64,000 nucleotides of DNA from Thermoproteota archaeon (lineage in GTDB: Archaea > Korarchaeota > Korarchaeia > Korarchaeales > Korarchaeaceae): NCBI GenBank assembly GCA_026986575.1, contig JALSOH010000004.1, positions 1-64,000 of the forward strand, read 5' to 3'. Shown in pieces: positions 27,912 through 36,242 of the stretch. Each line of letters starts with the position of its first letter. The stretch's first letter is position 1. Both the position numbers and the translations under genes were made by a program. A model generated the notes under the pieces. The model did no database searches. It had not been told where the DNA came from and worked only from the letters and a program-made list of their open reading frames with translations.

Positions 27912-30680
27912 TTAGCTGCTGGGCAGCCCGACTGGGACTACCAGCACAGGCTGCACAGCGACCCTCGTGGGCACGGTGGTCGGCCTTATACCTATGACTA
28001 TGACGGCGGGAGCGTTGTCGCCTTCACCAGCGTTGTAGTAGGTCTGTATGGTGGTGTTGGCCAGCTTGGTCGGGTCAGCCAGCGCTATGCTGGCAGCCAG
28101 CGTACCGAACCTGTCGGTACCGGCCACGACCAGTATGGCCTTGTCCTCATTCCACGGGTTGCTCTTGGCGTACTGGATCACACCGAGACCGTTGCCGCCC
28201 TCGACCTTGTAGACGTAGGTGGTGTCTATGGTCGGGTCTATCAGCTTGATGGCGTAGGTCAGGTTGATGTCCCTCTCACCGGGAGCGCCCTGCGGGTTGT
28301 ACAGCCAGGAGGTCTTGCCGTCGGTCTTGTAGAGTATGTACAGGTTGCCGGTGTCGTTCAGGTAGTCAACCAGCGTGTTGACCAGAGGACCGCCGACGAG
28401 TATCAGGTTCTTGTTCACCACGTCCTCGCTGAGGGTCTCACCGTCGAAGACCCAGTCGTCCATGTAGGCTATCGGGGCCCTTATGAAGCTGAAGACCTCC
28501 TCCGGGTTGGCGAAGTTGAAGTACAAGTCCTTGTACTCGTCCGGAGTCACATCCTCGAAGACGGTACCGCCCTCGGGCGTGGTCACCGGTACGAGCTCGG
28601 TGGCGCCGGTGAATATGCCATCGCCGTTCCTATCCTCGACCCTATCATAGATGCCAGCGAACACGCCAGTGGCGTTTATCGGGTAGAGCCAGTTGAGCTG
28701 CCAGTGGTAGACAGCGAGGGTTACATCATCGTCCTGCCAGTCAGCATACTTGGTGTACTCGAGGTACTTGCCGCAAGCAGGAGTCTTGGGCTGGTCAGAG
28801 GTCTGGCCGAACAGTGTATCGGGCTCGACGAAGGCCTTGCACTCGAGGTCCTTCATTATCTCGTCCTTCTGAGTGAACTCGTAGAGACCCCAAGTCGGTC
28901 CGCAGGCAGGACCGCAGTACTCGCCAGTTATTCCAGGCGGCAGAGCGGGGCACTCCTGCCCAGCCACGATGAGTCTGTTGACTACGCTGGTGAACCAGTA
29001 GTCCTTGCCACCGACCACGAGGTGGCCGTCATCGTTGAGGGGCTCGTACCAGCCAGTCTCGTTCTGAGTGAAGAGCGTAGCTCCAAGAGTCCCGGACTTG
29101 ACTACCATGTACCACTCTACATCGTTCTGAGTGCTATCGGTGTAGTAGCCGCTTATGCCAAGGAAGGCCTCGTCCTCAGCAAGACCCTCAAGCCACGGGC
29201 CGAAGACAGTCTGCTCATCTACTATGTAACCCTTAGCCTCGTAGAAGTGGCTCGGGGCACCTGCCACAGCACCACCAGCAACGAGACCCATGTTACCTCC
29301 AGCGAAGATCCTCGGGCCAGTAGCGTCAGGATAAGTGGAAAGCTCAAGTATCACATCCACATTGTAGCTTCCGGTGTCAGGGTCAGCAGCATCTGCATAG
29401 TCAGAGCCAGCTGGGTGCGGCCATCCGTAGGTGCTGTCGAAGAACCACTTGGTGTTAGTCCAGTCGAAGTACAGGTCATCGTTCGTTCCACTGTAGGTAG
29501 TTTCACCGTGACCAGGGTAGATGTTCGGGGCAAGTATCAGTGAGTAGAAGTCCATGGTGACAGTCTGAAGGACTTCGTCAACGTCCCTGACAGTTATACC
29601 GAAGTACGGCACCAGCCTCTCGTTGTCGGAGACCACTCCATCTCCGTCTATATCAGCGAGTATGTAGATATCCCTGTGGATCATGCTGTAGAGGAACTTC
29701 TGGAAGCTACCAGGGTTATTGTCCTGAGGTACGGGTAGCCCACTGTTCTCAATGTGGAAGTAATCAACGGGCGTGTCAGTTCCTATCTTATAGGCTATGA
29801 AGCCCACGCTGTAAGTGTTAGGCTCATCAACCTCCACAGTCTCAGCTACGAGCTTATAGCCCATCCACGGCAGGGTTATCTCGGTACCCTTCTTGACGTC
29901 TATCGGGTTCAGCGGGTGTATGAAGTAGAACCCACCGTGAGCCCAAGTGTAGGTTATCGGACCCGCGACGGGTGTGTAGTCCTTGGTGGTGTCCCAAGCA
30001 TCATAGCTGAAGGTGAAGGTTCCGGGGCAGTCGAAGGCCAGAGGAACCGCATATCCAGTCTTCTCGTTGTTGGTGTACGCAGGTGGGAAGTATCCAGGAG
30101 CGAAGACCACCCACTCCTTAAGGTCGTCGGGATCGACCTCGAGACCTATGGAGTAAGTTATCTGAGTTGGGTTCATGTCGCTCTTCACGCCAGAAGGCAC
30201 GAAGACATAGCCGTCATGAAGTGGGTATATCTTGTCGAATGGATCAGGATCTCCAGCACCCCAGTTCCAGCTCCAGAGGAAGCCCCAGAAGTCTTTTGTG
30301 TCAGCATCATTGTCGTATTCTCCCCAGTCGCCCACGAGATCCAGAGCCTGGTACCTGTGGCCGTATGCCTCAGCGGTGAAGCTACCGTGGTAGAGGGTTA
30401 TGCCGTTGGCGGCGGCGTGCTTGGCATCGACCCACATGGCATTAGTATAGTATAGGTGAGAGGCTATCTTGGCGGCTATGAGGGTGGCGCCGAGAACGTC
30501 CTCGGGAGCGGCCTTGCTGCCGAGTATGATGGCTATGTCGGGCATGCCGTCGAAGTCGTAGTCAATGGTTCCGTCCTGCACGAAAGGCTGCGGGAACATG
30601 TGGATTGGGTAGGCCATAGCAGGGAGCAGGCTTGCCCCCAGCAGCACTACCAAGGCTGCTATTATGTATGCCTTCTTCAT
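27912..30680 (-). CDS. Major S-layer protein (Thermococcales/Methanococcales S_layer N/C type), about 922 aa
   Basis: True start MKKAYII at 30680 (GGAGGTG SD, signal peptide). IILGSKAAPEDVLGATLIA N-motif; NLILVGGPLVN, NPW and LVVAGTDRFGTLAA C-motifs. Strong C-ending codon bias typical of highly expressed genes. Confidence 0.85.
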   Translation of the reverse strand: MKKAYIIAALVVLLGASLLPAMAYPIHMFPQPFVQDGTIDYDFDGMPDIAIILGSKAAPEDVLGATLIAAKIASHLYYTNAMWVDAKHAAANGITLYHGSFTAEAYGHRYQALDLVGDWGEYDNDADTKDFWGFLWSWNWGAGDPDPFDKIYPLHDGYVFVPSGVKSDMNPTQITYSIGLEVDPDDLKEWVVFAPGYFPPAYTNNEKTGYAVPLAFDCPGTFTFSYDAWDTTKDYTPVAGPITYTWAHGGFYFIHPLNPIDVKKGTEITLPWMGYKLVAETVEVDEPNTYSVGFIAYKIGTDTPVDYFHIENSGLPVPQDNNPGSFQKFLYSMIHRDIYILADIDGDGVVSDNERLVPYFGITVRDVDEVLQTVTMDFYSLILAPNIYPGHGETTYSGTNDDLYFDWTNTKWFFDSTYGWPHPAGSDYADAADPDTGSYNVDVILELSTYPDATGPRIFAGGNMGLVAGGAVAGAPSHFYEAKGYIVDEQTVFGPWLEGLAEDEAFLGISGYYTDSTQNDVEWYMVVKSGTLGATLFTQNETGWYEPLNDDGHLVVGGKDYWFTSVVNRLIVAGQECPALPPGITGEYCGPACGPTWGLYEFTQKDEIMKDLECKAFVEPDTLFGQTSDQPKTPACGKYLEYTKYADWQDDDVTLAVYHWQLNWLYPINATGVFAGIYDRVEDRNGDGIFTGATELVPVTTPEGGTVFEDVTPDEYKDLYFNFANPEEVFSFIRAPIAYMDDWVFDGETLSEDVVNKNLILVGGPLVNTLVDYLNDTGNLYILYKTDGKTSWLYNPQGAPGERDINLTYAIKLIDPTIDTTYVYKVEGGNGLGVIQYAKSNPWNEDKAILVVAGTDRFGTLAASIALADPTKLANTTIQTYYNAGEGDNAPAVIVIGIRPTTVPTRVAVQPVLVVPVGLPSS

Positions 30681-30745
30681 AGTAACACCTCCCCATGCCA
30701 CCTGATGTGGATGTGGCAAGGGGCTGAGGGTCGGTGGAAGGGGGC

Positions 30746-30756
30746 TTATAAAATTA
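30746..30756 (-). promoter_or_regulatory. TATA box of the S-layer gene
   Basis: AATTTTATAA about 66 nt upstream of the ATG, predicting a leader of about 40-45 nt. Confidence 0.6.
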
Positions 30757-30770
30757 TTGTCATCGTAACT

Positions 30771-30794
30771 GTTGCACAACGTTGCACAACGTTG
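30771..30794. repeat. Tandem palindromic 10-mer (GTTGCACAAC)x2 plus GTTG
   Basis: Seen directly, immediately upstream of the S-layer BRE/TATA. Confidence 0.8.
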
Positions 30795-31081
30795 ATAGAG
30801 AACTCTACGGCAGGTTTGGTGAATAGGGAGCAGGTATTTGAGTTTTCTCTCTCCATATTCAACATATAACTGTTTATTAGCTGAGAGAGGGCCCCTAGAG
30901 GTTCTTGAGATAACTGAGTTGACATGAAATATCCGTAACATGCATTTTAACTGATCATTCTCATATAATTCTCGTTTACACAATAGGTATTTGAAGATGA
31001 TAGCGGAAGCATGAGAAAAATAATAGTAAAGTGCGAATTTAGGCATACGACGAATATTTAGTAGCCTTCCGACTTAGGACA

Positions 31082-31210
31082 TCACTGCCTCGGTGGGTTG
31101 AAGGGCTTCGGATGAGGATCTATGGTCTCCGCACCGCACACGGGGCATTTCTCCCTGAATGTGTATCTCCAGCAGCGGGAACACCTCCTCATCTCTAGAT
31201 GGGTCACCAT
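31082..31210 (-). CDS. nop10: H/ACA RNP protein Nop10 (short, 42 aa; missing from the ORF track)
   Basis: Manual translation MVTHLEMRRCSRCWRYTFREKCPVCGAETIDPHPKPFNPPRQ; conserved position after aIF2a. Confidence 0.85.
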   Translation of the reverse strand: MVTHLEMRRCSRCWRYTFREKCPVCGAETIDPHPKPFNPPRQ

Positions 31211-31255
31211 AGATCCCTCGAAAAGGTTGAAACGACTGAAACGGAGTGAGAGACC

Positions 31256-32065
31256 TCAGGCGAGTCTTTTCCTGTACTCCCTCTCCTCCACGATTTCGAA
31301 TATCTCTGTCTCCCCCAGCTCCTTGGAAATGGCTTTGACTACGTATGTGGACATCCTCCTGACAAGTTTGGGATCTTGGGAGCGAACGGAGATGATGTAC
31401 CTAGGCGCACCCGCGGTATATATGTCCACCTCAACGCCCTCGGTCTTAGGAGTAGAGAGACCCCTCAGCAAGGCCCTTCTAATCCTCTCTATCCCATCGT
31501 GGGCGTATGAGACGAGTTTCACCACTATGTTCTTTACGTAGATTGGTGGCTTTATCTGAACCCTGACTATTTCCTCCAGCTTCTCGGCCAGCCTCTCGTC
31601 CAAGCCAGCCTTCAGGAGGGGATCTATCCCCTCGTACAGCACATCCTCCAGAGCTTCCATCGGGCTCCTGTAGTAGTCAGCAAGTTTCATCCAAGAATCC
31701 TTTGCTATCGACTCCGGATCTGGGAAACCAGCTCTCTGAGCTGCCAGTTTAAGTAGAGAGATTACCCTTATTCTCTCTTTCCACTCCTCCAGTTTCCTCT
31801 TCTTCTGCTCCTCGCTTACGTACCTGAGGGAGAGATCCACCTGTCCCAGCTTCCTGTTGGCCCTGATGACCCTTCCTACTATTTTGTCCCCTTCCTTTAC
31901 GAAGTCCCTTATGTCCTTTATCCTTCCCGAGGCCACATGACTTCGGGGGATGTAGGCCTCTAGTCCCTCATACTCGTCCAGCTCGACTATCACTCCGTGG
32001 TCCTCTACCCTCTTCACAGTACCGACAACGAGCTCGTTCCTCCTCGGGAAGGCCTTGTAGCTCAC
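31256..32065 (-). CDS. eif2a: Translation initiation factor aIF2 alpha
   Basis: S1 domain ELVVGTV...LDEY...VDLSLR; GAPRY. Confidence 0.95.
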   Translation of the reverse strand: MSYKAFPRRNELVVGTVKRVEDHGVIVELDEYEGLEAYIPRSHVASGRIKDIRDFVKEGDKIVGRVIRANRKLGQVDLSLRYVSEEQKKRKLEEWKERIRVISLLKLAAQRAGFPDPESIAKDSWMKLADYYRSPMEALEDVLYEGIDPLLKAGLDERLAEKLEEIVRVQIKPPIYVKNIVVKLVSYAHDGIERIRRALLRGLSTPKTEGVEVDIYTAGAPRYIISVRSQDPKLVRRMSTYVVKAISKELGETEIFEIVEEREYRKRLA

Positions 32066-32274
32066 TCTCTCACTCTACCCAAATACTCGATGACCGTCGC
32101 CAAGATCTCGGCCTTACCACCCCTAGGCCTGGCCAGCACCTCGTCGCACACGTGGCACTTGACCTCTCTGGAGGCGTGAGAGAAGATTATCTGCTCGTTA
32201 CCGCACTTAGGGCACCTCACCCTGACGAAGTAGCTTTTGGGGAGGGGGATCAACTCCATCTCATCCATGGGCAT
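32062..32274 (-). CDS. rps27e: 30S ribosomal protein S27e
   Basis: PKSYFVRVRCPKCGNEQIIFSH...CHVC...PRGGKA. Confidence 0.96.
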   Translation of the reverse strand: MPMDEMELIPLPKSYFVRVRCPKCGNEQIIFSHASREVKCHVCDEVLARPRGGKAEILATVIEYLGRVRE

Positions 32275-32552
32275 CACCTCTTTATCTCCACCCTGGCCAG
32301 TCTCCCCAAGTTCTTCATCACTTTCCTGCCACACTCCTCGCATGTGAGTATGAGGAGGATCTTCTTTGTGGTTTTGGCCTTCCTCCTCAGCTTACCTCTG
32401 GGCTCTCCTCCGTAACCCCTCCTCTTCCTCTCAAGCTGCCTCTGACCCCACGACATCGTCCGTGCCTTGCCCTGCTTGTACAGGGAGACCTTGTGCTTGG
32501 TATGCCTGCCGCATCTGGGGCAGTACGTGTTGATCTCTGCGGGAACCTTCAT
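32274..32552 (-). CDS. rpl44e: 50S ribosomal protein L44e
   Basis: TYCPRCGRHT...GYGG...KAKTTKK...CEECG. Confidence 0.96.
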   Translation of the reverse strand: MKVPAEINTYCPRCGRHTKHKVSLYKQGKARTMSWGQRQLERKRRGYGGEPRGKLRRKAKTTKKILLILTCEECGRKVMKNLGRLARVEIKR

Positions 32553-33049
32553 TCCTCGACCACCTCAACAACTCCCTTCTCCTTTAAGGCCGCCGCGTTC
32601 TCCGAGGGAATGAATGCCACATCGCCCTCGGAGAACGGTCCGTAGACCTTCATGTCTACACCAACGAATTTGGCCACGGGAGTTTTAAACGTTACTAATA
32701 CCCTCTCGACCCCGTCGCTCAGGGGGGTGAAAACACTTCCCTCCTCATTTTCCTCCTCAGTCTCGAGTTGTTCGGCTTCATAAACAGCTTTTCGGGCCTC
32801 TTCTGAGATTATTCCACCATAAAGAGCTCTCTTGAATGTTTTAGTTATGGATAATGCGTTTTCCATCTCTATTCGCAGGTCCCTGATCACCTCGGCGGCC
32901 TTGAGGTATATCCTACCCTCCAACCCCTCCGGCAGGTTCGTCAACAACTCTTCTTCGACTGACCTGAGACGCTCAATTAAGGAATCGTCAACTCGGCCCT
33001 CGGCTAGCGAGATGAGAACCTCCCTTATAACATCCTTGTACTTTGCCAT
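32549..33049 (-). CDS. GINS subunit (Gins51/Gins15 type)
   Basis: C-terminal B domain FVGVDMKVYGPFSEGDVAFIPSENAAAL; conserved position after priS. Confidence 0.85.
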   Translation of the reverse strand: MAKYKDVIREVLISLAEGRVDDSLIERLRSVEEELLTNLPEGLEGRIYLKAAEVIRDLRIEMENALSITKTFKRALYGGIISEEARKAVYEAEQLETEEENEEGSVFTPLSDGVERVLVTFKTPVAKFVGVDMKVYGPFSEGDVAFIPSENAAALKEKGVVEVVEE

Positions 33050-33080
33050 CTACCCGGTAGGATGGAACGAGTGATCATAA

Positions 33081-34268
33081 TTAATGATTGAGTGGCTCCG
33101 CCCTCCCCCTTAAGATGACGAATGCCGCCGCGAAACCGGGCAGCTGAACCTCCTCACCCGGCGAATATGGCCCGAAAGCCTCATCTTTCAATCTGAACGT
33201 GGGAATGGGCATCTTCACTCGGACCTTGATCTCCGGCTCTGAGGGCAGACCGACTGCATCTTTGAACGGATTGAAAGCCCCATACTCATCCAAAGAGAGT
33301 CGTAAAGCCCTGAATCCGGTCTTACCGTGGATGCTGTTCGGTATCCTAGTCAGTCTCCCCGTGTCCATGGTGACCATCCAGTCGATCCTCGCTCCGGACC
33401 TCTGAGCCGACTCCTTAAGCAGGTTGAGGAGGTGCTTCCTCTCCCTAGAGCTGAGTTTGACTCCCATATCCCTCGATAAGAGGAGTACCTTCTCCCTCAG
33501 AGAGGGGGCTAGTTTCGCATGACCACTCAACAAGTGCTGTAAGGCCCTCCTAGCGATACTGCTCCTCAGATCAAGCCTCACGAGCCCCTTCTTGACTATG
33601 AACAGGGGAGTAGGATCGAAGCCCTTGCCCATCGCGTAGAAGGCGACCTCCCTCCTTCCATCCTTGGATAGAGTGGTCAGTTTCCCCTCAGAGACCCTGA
33701 CGTGGAAACCCCTGTTTCCCGTGTATGAGACCGCTATCTCGTCCAAGGAGGCGCCGAGGTCCTCTGACAGCACCTCTATGAGCTTTCTCACCTCGTACTT
33801 GGTCAGCGATATGCACCTCTCGTTGAGCCAGTGGTTGACCTCTATCCTCTCAGACCCGCATTTCGGGCACTTCCCCGGTGGGATTCCCTTCCCAGTGAGG
33901 CCGCAATTCCTGCACCTCCACACAGACTCACTCTCACATTCCCCGTCCTTGAAGTCCGTGGAGTCTATATCGAAGAGGAGCTCCGCCCTTATAGGTTCCT
34001 TCTCATCCATTGGAGCCGTCGGGTTCCTGTACAGGGAGACAGAGTAGTAGGCGTGCATGGGCGGGTTGTCCACCAAGTACCTCCTGAGCTCCGGGAGGTC
34101 CCTGAAGGATACATGCCTCCTGACCTTCCCCTCGAAGTCCCTGAACATGAACTCCCTTAGGGGCACATCCGAAACGTAGATGGTGCCTGCCATGCTCCTG
34201 TAATATTTAGCGAAGAGCGTCTCGAGCACCCTCAATCCAAACCCTCCAGCATGTACCTCCTTCCACAA
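33081..34268 (-). CDS. priS: DNA primase small (catalytic) subunit
   Basis: REF, YYS, ELLFDID, YTGNRGFHV, IDWMVTMDTGRLTRIPNSIHGKTG. Confidence 0.95.
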   Translation of the reverse strand: MWKEVHAGGFGLRVLETLFAKYYRSMAGTIYVSDVPLREFMFRDFEGKVRRHVSFRDLPELRRYLVDNPPMHAYYSVSLYRNPTAPMDEKEPIRAELLFDIDSTDFKDGECESESVWRCRNCGLTGKGIPPGKCPKCGSERIEVNHWLNERCISLTKYEVRKLIEVLSEDLGASLDEIAVSYTGNRGFHVRVSEGKLTTLSKDGRREVAFYAMGKGFDPTPLFIVKKGLVRLDLRSSIARRALQHLLSGHAKLAPSLREKVLLLSRDMGVKLSSRERKHLLNLLKESAQRSGARIDWMVTMDTGRLTRIPNSIHGKTGFRALRLSLDEYGAFNPFKDAVGLPSEPEIKVRVKMPIPTFRLKDEAFGPYSPGEEVQLPGFAAAFVILRGRAEPLNH

Positions 34269-35161
34269 TCACCGGGGCAAAGGCCCCAATTCTTCATGGT
34301 CTCGCAGCTCGGCGCCTTGTACTTCCTCCTAGCTATGTGAGAGATCTGGTAAGAAGCTATCCTCTCGTTGAAGTCCGGTGCACTCCGGAACAGATCTAGC
34401 ACCTGCTCCTCCGACCAGCCCACATTGAGTAGGAAGGATGTGAGGGCGAACCTGGCCTGATGGGTCAGGTTCTCTCCCCTCCTGAGTTTGGATATCAGGT
34501 CCTTTATGCAGGGCGGGAAGTCCCCCTTCTTAGGCCTCTTGAACCTCTTCCTCATCCTCTTGGCGAACATATCCGAGATCTCCTTAGCTATCTCCTCCAA
34601 GGGATCAGGAAGTTCGACTCTTGGAGTTTCCATTACCCTCATCTTTATGTATTCCGAGATCAGCCTTCTCAGGTCCCTTTCGTTCACGAGGACGTACCCC
34701 TTCCTCACCACACGATTGACGAGCCTCCATTTCGGTCCACCTATACCGGCACAACCGTTGGAATAGCTGACCACGTCGACCCAGAGTCCATCATCGAGCC
34801 TGAGCTCGAAGCCGAACGTCTCTCTAGCCAGATCAACCAGTTTCTCCGTGGGTAAGCGTTCGGATAGTTCCATGAACCTCTTGGCCTCGTAATTGGCCAG
34901 CCTGCTGAGCATCGATCTCCCGACCCTAGAGGCTATGAGCTTCGCTGCGACGAAGGCGTAAACCTCGTTCACAGGGTTGGTCAAGTCTGGATGGATGGTC
35001 CTCCCCTCGATGGCCCTGATCAGCCTCTCCCTAGCGAGCCTCCTAGCGTTCTCCAGCAATGGATCGAAGGCTAAGTCTTCCAATGTGAGGCCCTGCTCCT
35101 CCAGAAGGGCTGCAGCCTCCCTCGAAAAAGGAGCAATGAGGAGGATCTCCCCTTCCCTCAT
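34232..35161 (-). CDS. priL: DNA primase large subunit
   Basis: WRLVNR, FPPCI, HQARF, PDFNERIASYQISHI, SCETM...LCPGDC Fe-S ligands. Confidence 0.94.
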   Translation of the reverse strand: MREGEILLIAPFSREAAALLEEQGLTLEDLAFDPLLENARRLARERLIRAIEGRTIHPDLTNPVNEVYAFVAAKLIASRVGRSMLSRLANYEAKRFMELSERLPTEKLVDLARETFGFELRLDDGLWVDVVSYSNGCAGIGGPKWRLVNRVVRKGYVLVNERDLRRLISEYIKMRVMETPRVELPDPLEEIAKEISDMFAKRMRKRFKRPKKGDFPPCIKDLISKLRRGENLTHQARFALTSFLLNVGWSEEQVLDLFRSAPDFNERIASYQISHIARRKYKAPSCETMKNWGLCPGDCGRRYMLEGLD

Positions 35162-35165
35162 CTGA

Positions 35166-35927
35166 TCATACCTGCAGGTGGGCTAAGTAGTAGGTTATGC
35201 CAGCCCCCTCTATGCCTCCGAGGGGGTAGGTGAGTTTGAGGGGAGCCTGCGTCTTCAATTCCAGATCAGCCTCCTCGGAAATCTTCGCCGGCTTCGTCAT
35301 CTTCTCCAAGTAGGCCATGTTATAAACGCTCTTAGAGGGTTCCTCGGCCCAAACATCAATCAGAGCCCTGTCTTCCTTCGTGATAGATATTGTGGCCTTC
35401 CCCTTGTCGCTCTCGGCCTTGAATTCGATCTTTTCGCTGTCTATGTAGATCTCAACGTCGGATCCTATTATCTTCAGATCCTTTATGGCATTTGGTATCA
35501 CATCGCTGTCGAGCCTCGCCTTGGCCTTGTAGTCCACCTTTATCGTCTTGAACTCGAATGGGGTTCCGGCCAGCAGGGGCAGCTCGAAGTTCTTCCTGTA
35601 TCCATCGGTCGCGGTCACTTTCATCAGGGACTCGGTGAACTCCAGCTCCACCCTCTCCTTAGCCTTCACCCTCTTCAGTATCTTGGAGAGGTCGGTGAAG
35701 TTTATCCCATAGAAGTTCGACTGGTCCACCTCGAAGTCTATGAAATAGGTTCTGGGGAGTATCAGCTGGATCATTGCAGTTTTAGAGGGATCCAAGGCTT
35801 GGAGACCCATGCCCTCTTCCGGATCCAGCTTTATTGATGCCTCGCCCACTAGGGATTCGACCGCGTCAACTATGGCCTTGAGGGTGCTAGCCTCCTCGAA
35901 GACCACCCTATTTACCATCTCTACCAC
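35166..35927 (-). CDS. pcn: PCNA sliding clamp
   Basis: LQALDPSK...GINF...YNMAYL...PLKLTY...YYLA. Confidence 0.93.
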   Translation of the reverse strand: MVEMVNRVVFEEASTLKAIVDAVESLVGEASIKLDPEEGMGLQALDPSKTAMIQLILPRTYFIDFEVDQSNFYGINFTDLSKILKRVKAKERVELEFTESLMKVTATDGYRKNFELPLLAGTPFEFKTIKVDYKAKARLDSDVIPNAIKDLKIIGSDVEIYIDSEKIEFKAESDKGKATISITKEDRALIDVWAEEPSKSVYNMAYLEKMTKPAKISEEADLELKTQAPLKLTYPLGGIEGAGITYYLAHLQV

Positions 35928-36237
35928 CTTTCAGTTTTCTCTCCACTTCTCGCCTTACCTCATCCACATCCCTGAGCAAACTTATATCTATTCCTGATAT
36001 GTCGGCAATTGCGTACCCCTGCAGCTCTTTGAAATCCTCAGAGGACGTGATCACCGAACCCACCACCAGCACTATGTCCTTGGGCTTGAAATCGGAGGCC
36101 CTATCGTAATACACCCTAGCTCGGGATGTACCGTCATCCAAGATAAGGTAGTTCTCTATCACGTTTATGACCACTCCTATTATGGCCACCTCTCCTTCCC
36201 TAACCTCCCTTATCCTGACCCACTTCAAGTAGAGCAT
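35908..36237 (-). CDS. Single OB-fold protein (RPA small-subunit-like)
   Basis: VAIIGVV...LILDDGT...VLVVG OB pattern, inside the replication operon. Confidence 0.7.
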   Translation of the reverse strand: MLYLKWVRIREVREGEVAIIGVVINVIENYLILDDGTSRARVYYDRASDFKPKDIVLVVGSVITSSEDFKELQGYAIADISGIDISLLRDVDEVRREVERKLKGGRDGK

Positions 36238-36242
36238 CCTCC

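Noticed and set aside
30771-30794. Short repeat as a CRISPR remnant
   Set aside because: The 10-bp units are contiguous with no spacers, and no cas genes are present.
28704-30869. Long plus-strand ORFs (279, 233 and 137 aa) opposite the S-layer gene
   Set aside because: Antisense shadows produced by the strong codon bias of the S-layer gene; no recognisable motifs.
30681-31046. 122-aa N-terminal extension of the S-layer ORF in the ORF track
   Set aside because: It runs through AT-rich promoter DNA; the SD and signal peptide mark ATG 30680 as the start.
31058-31084. Selenocysteine or readthrough at the nop10 TGA
   Set aside because: Readthrough adds only CPKSEGY, which does not resemble the Nop10 C-terminus, and no SECIS-like element was recognised.
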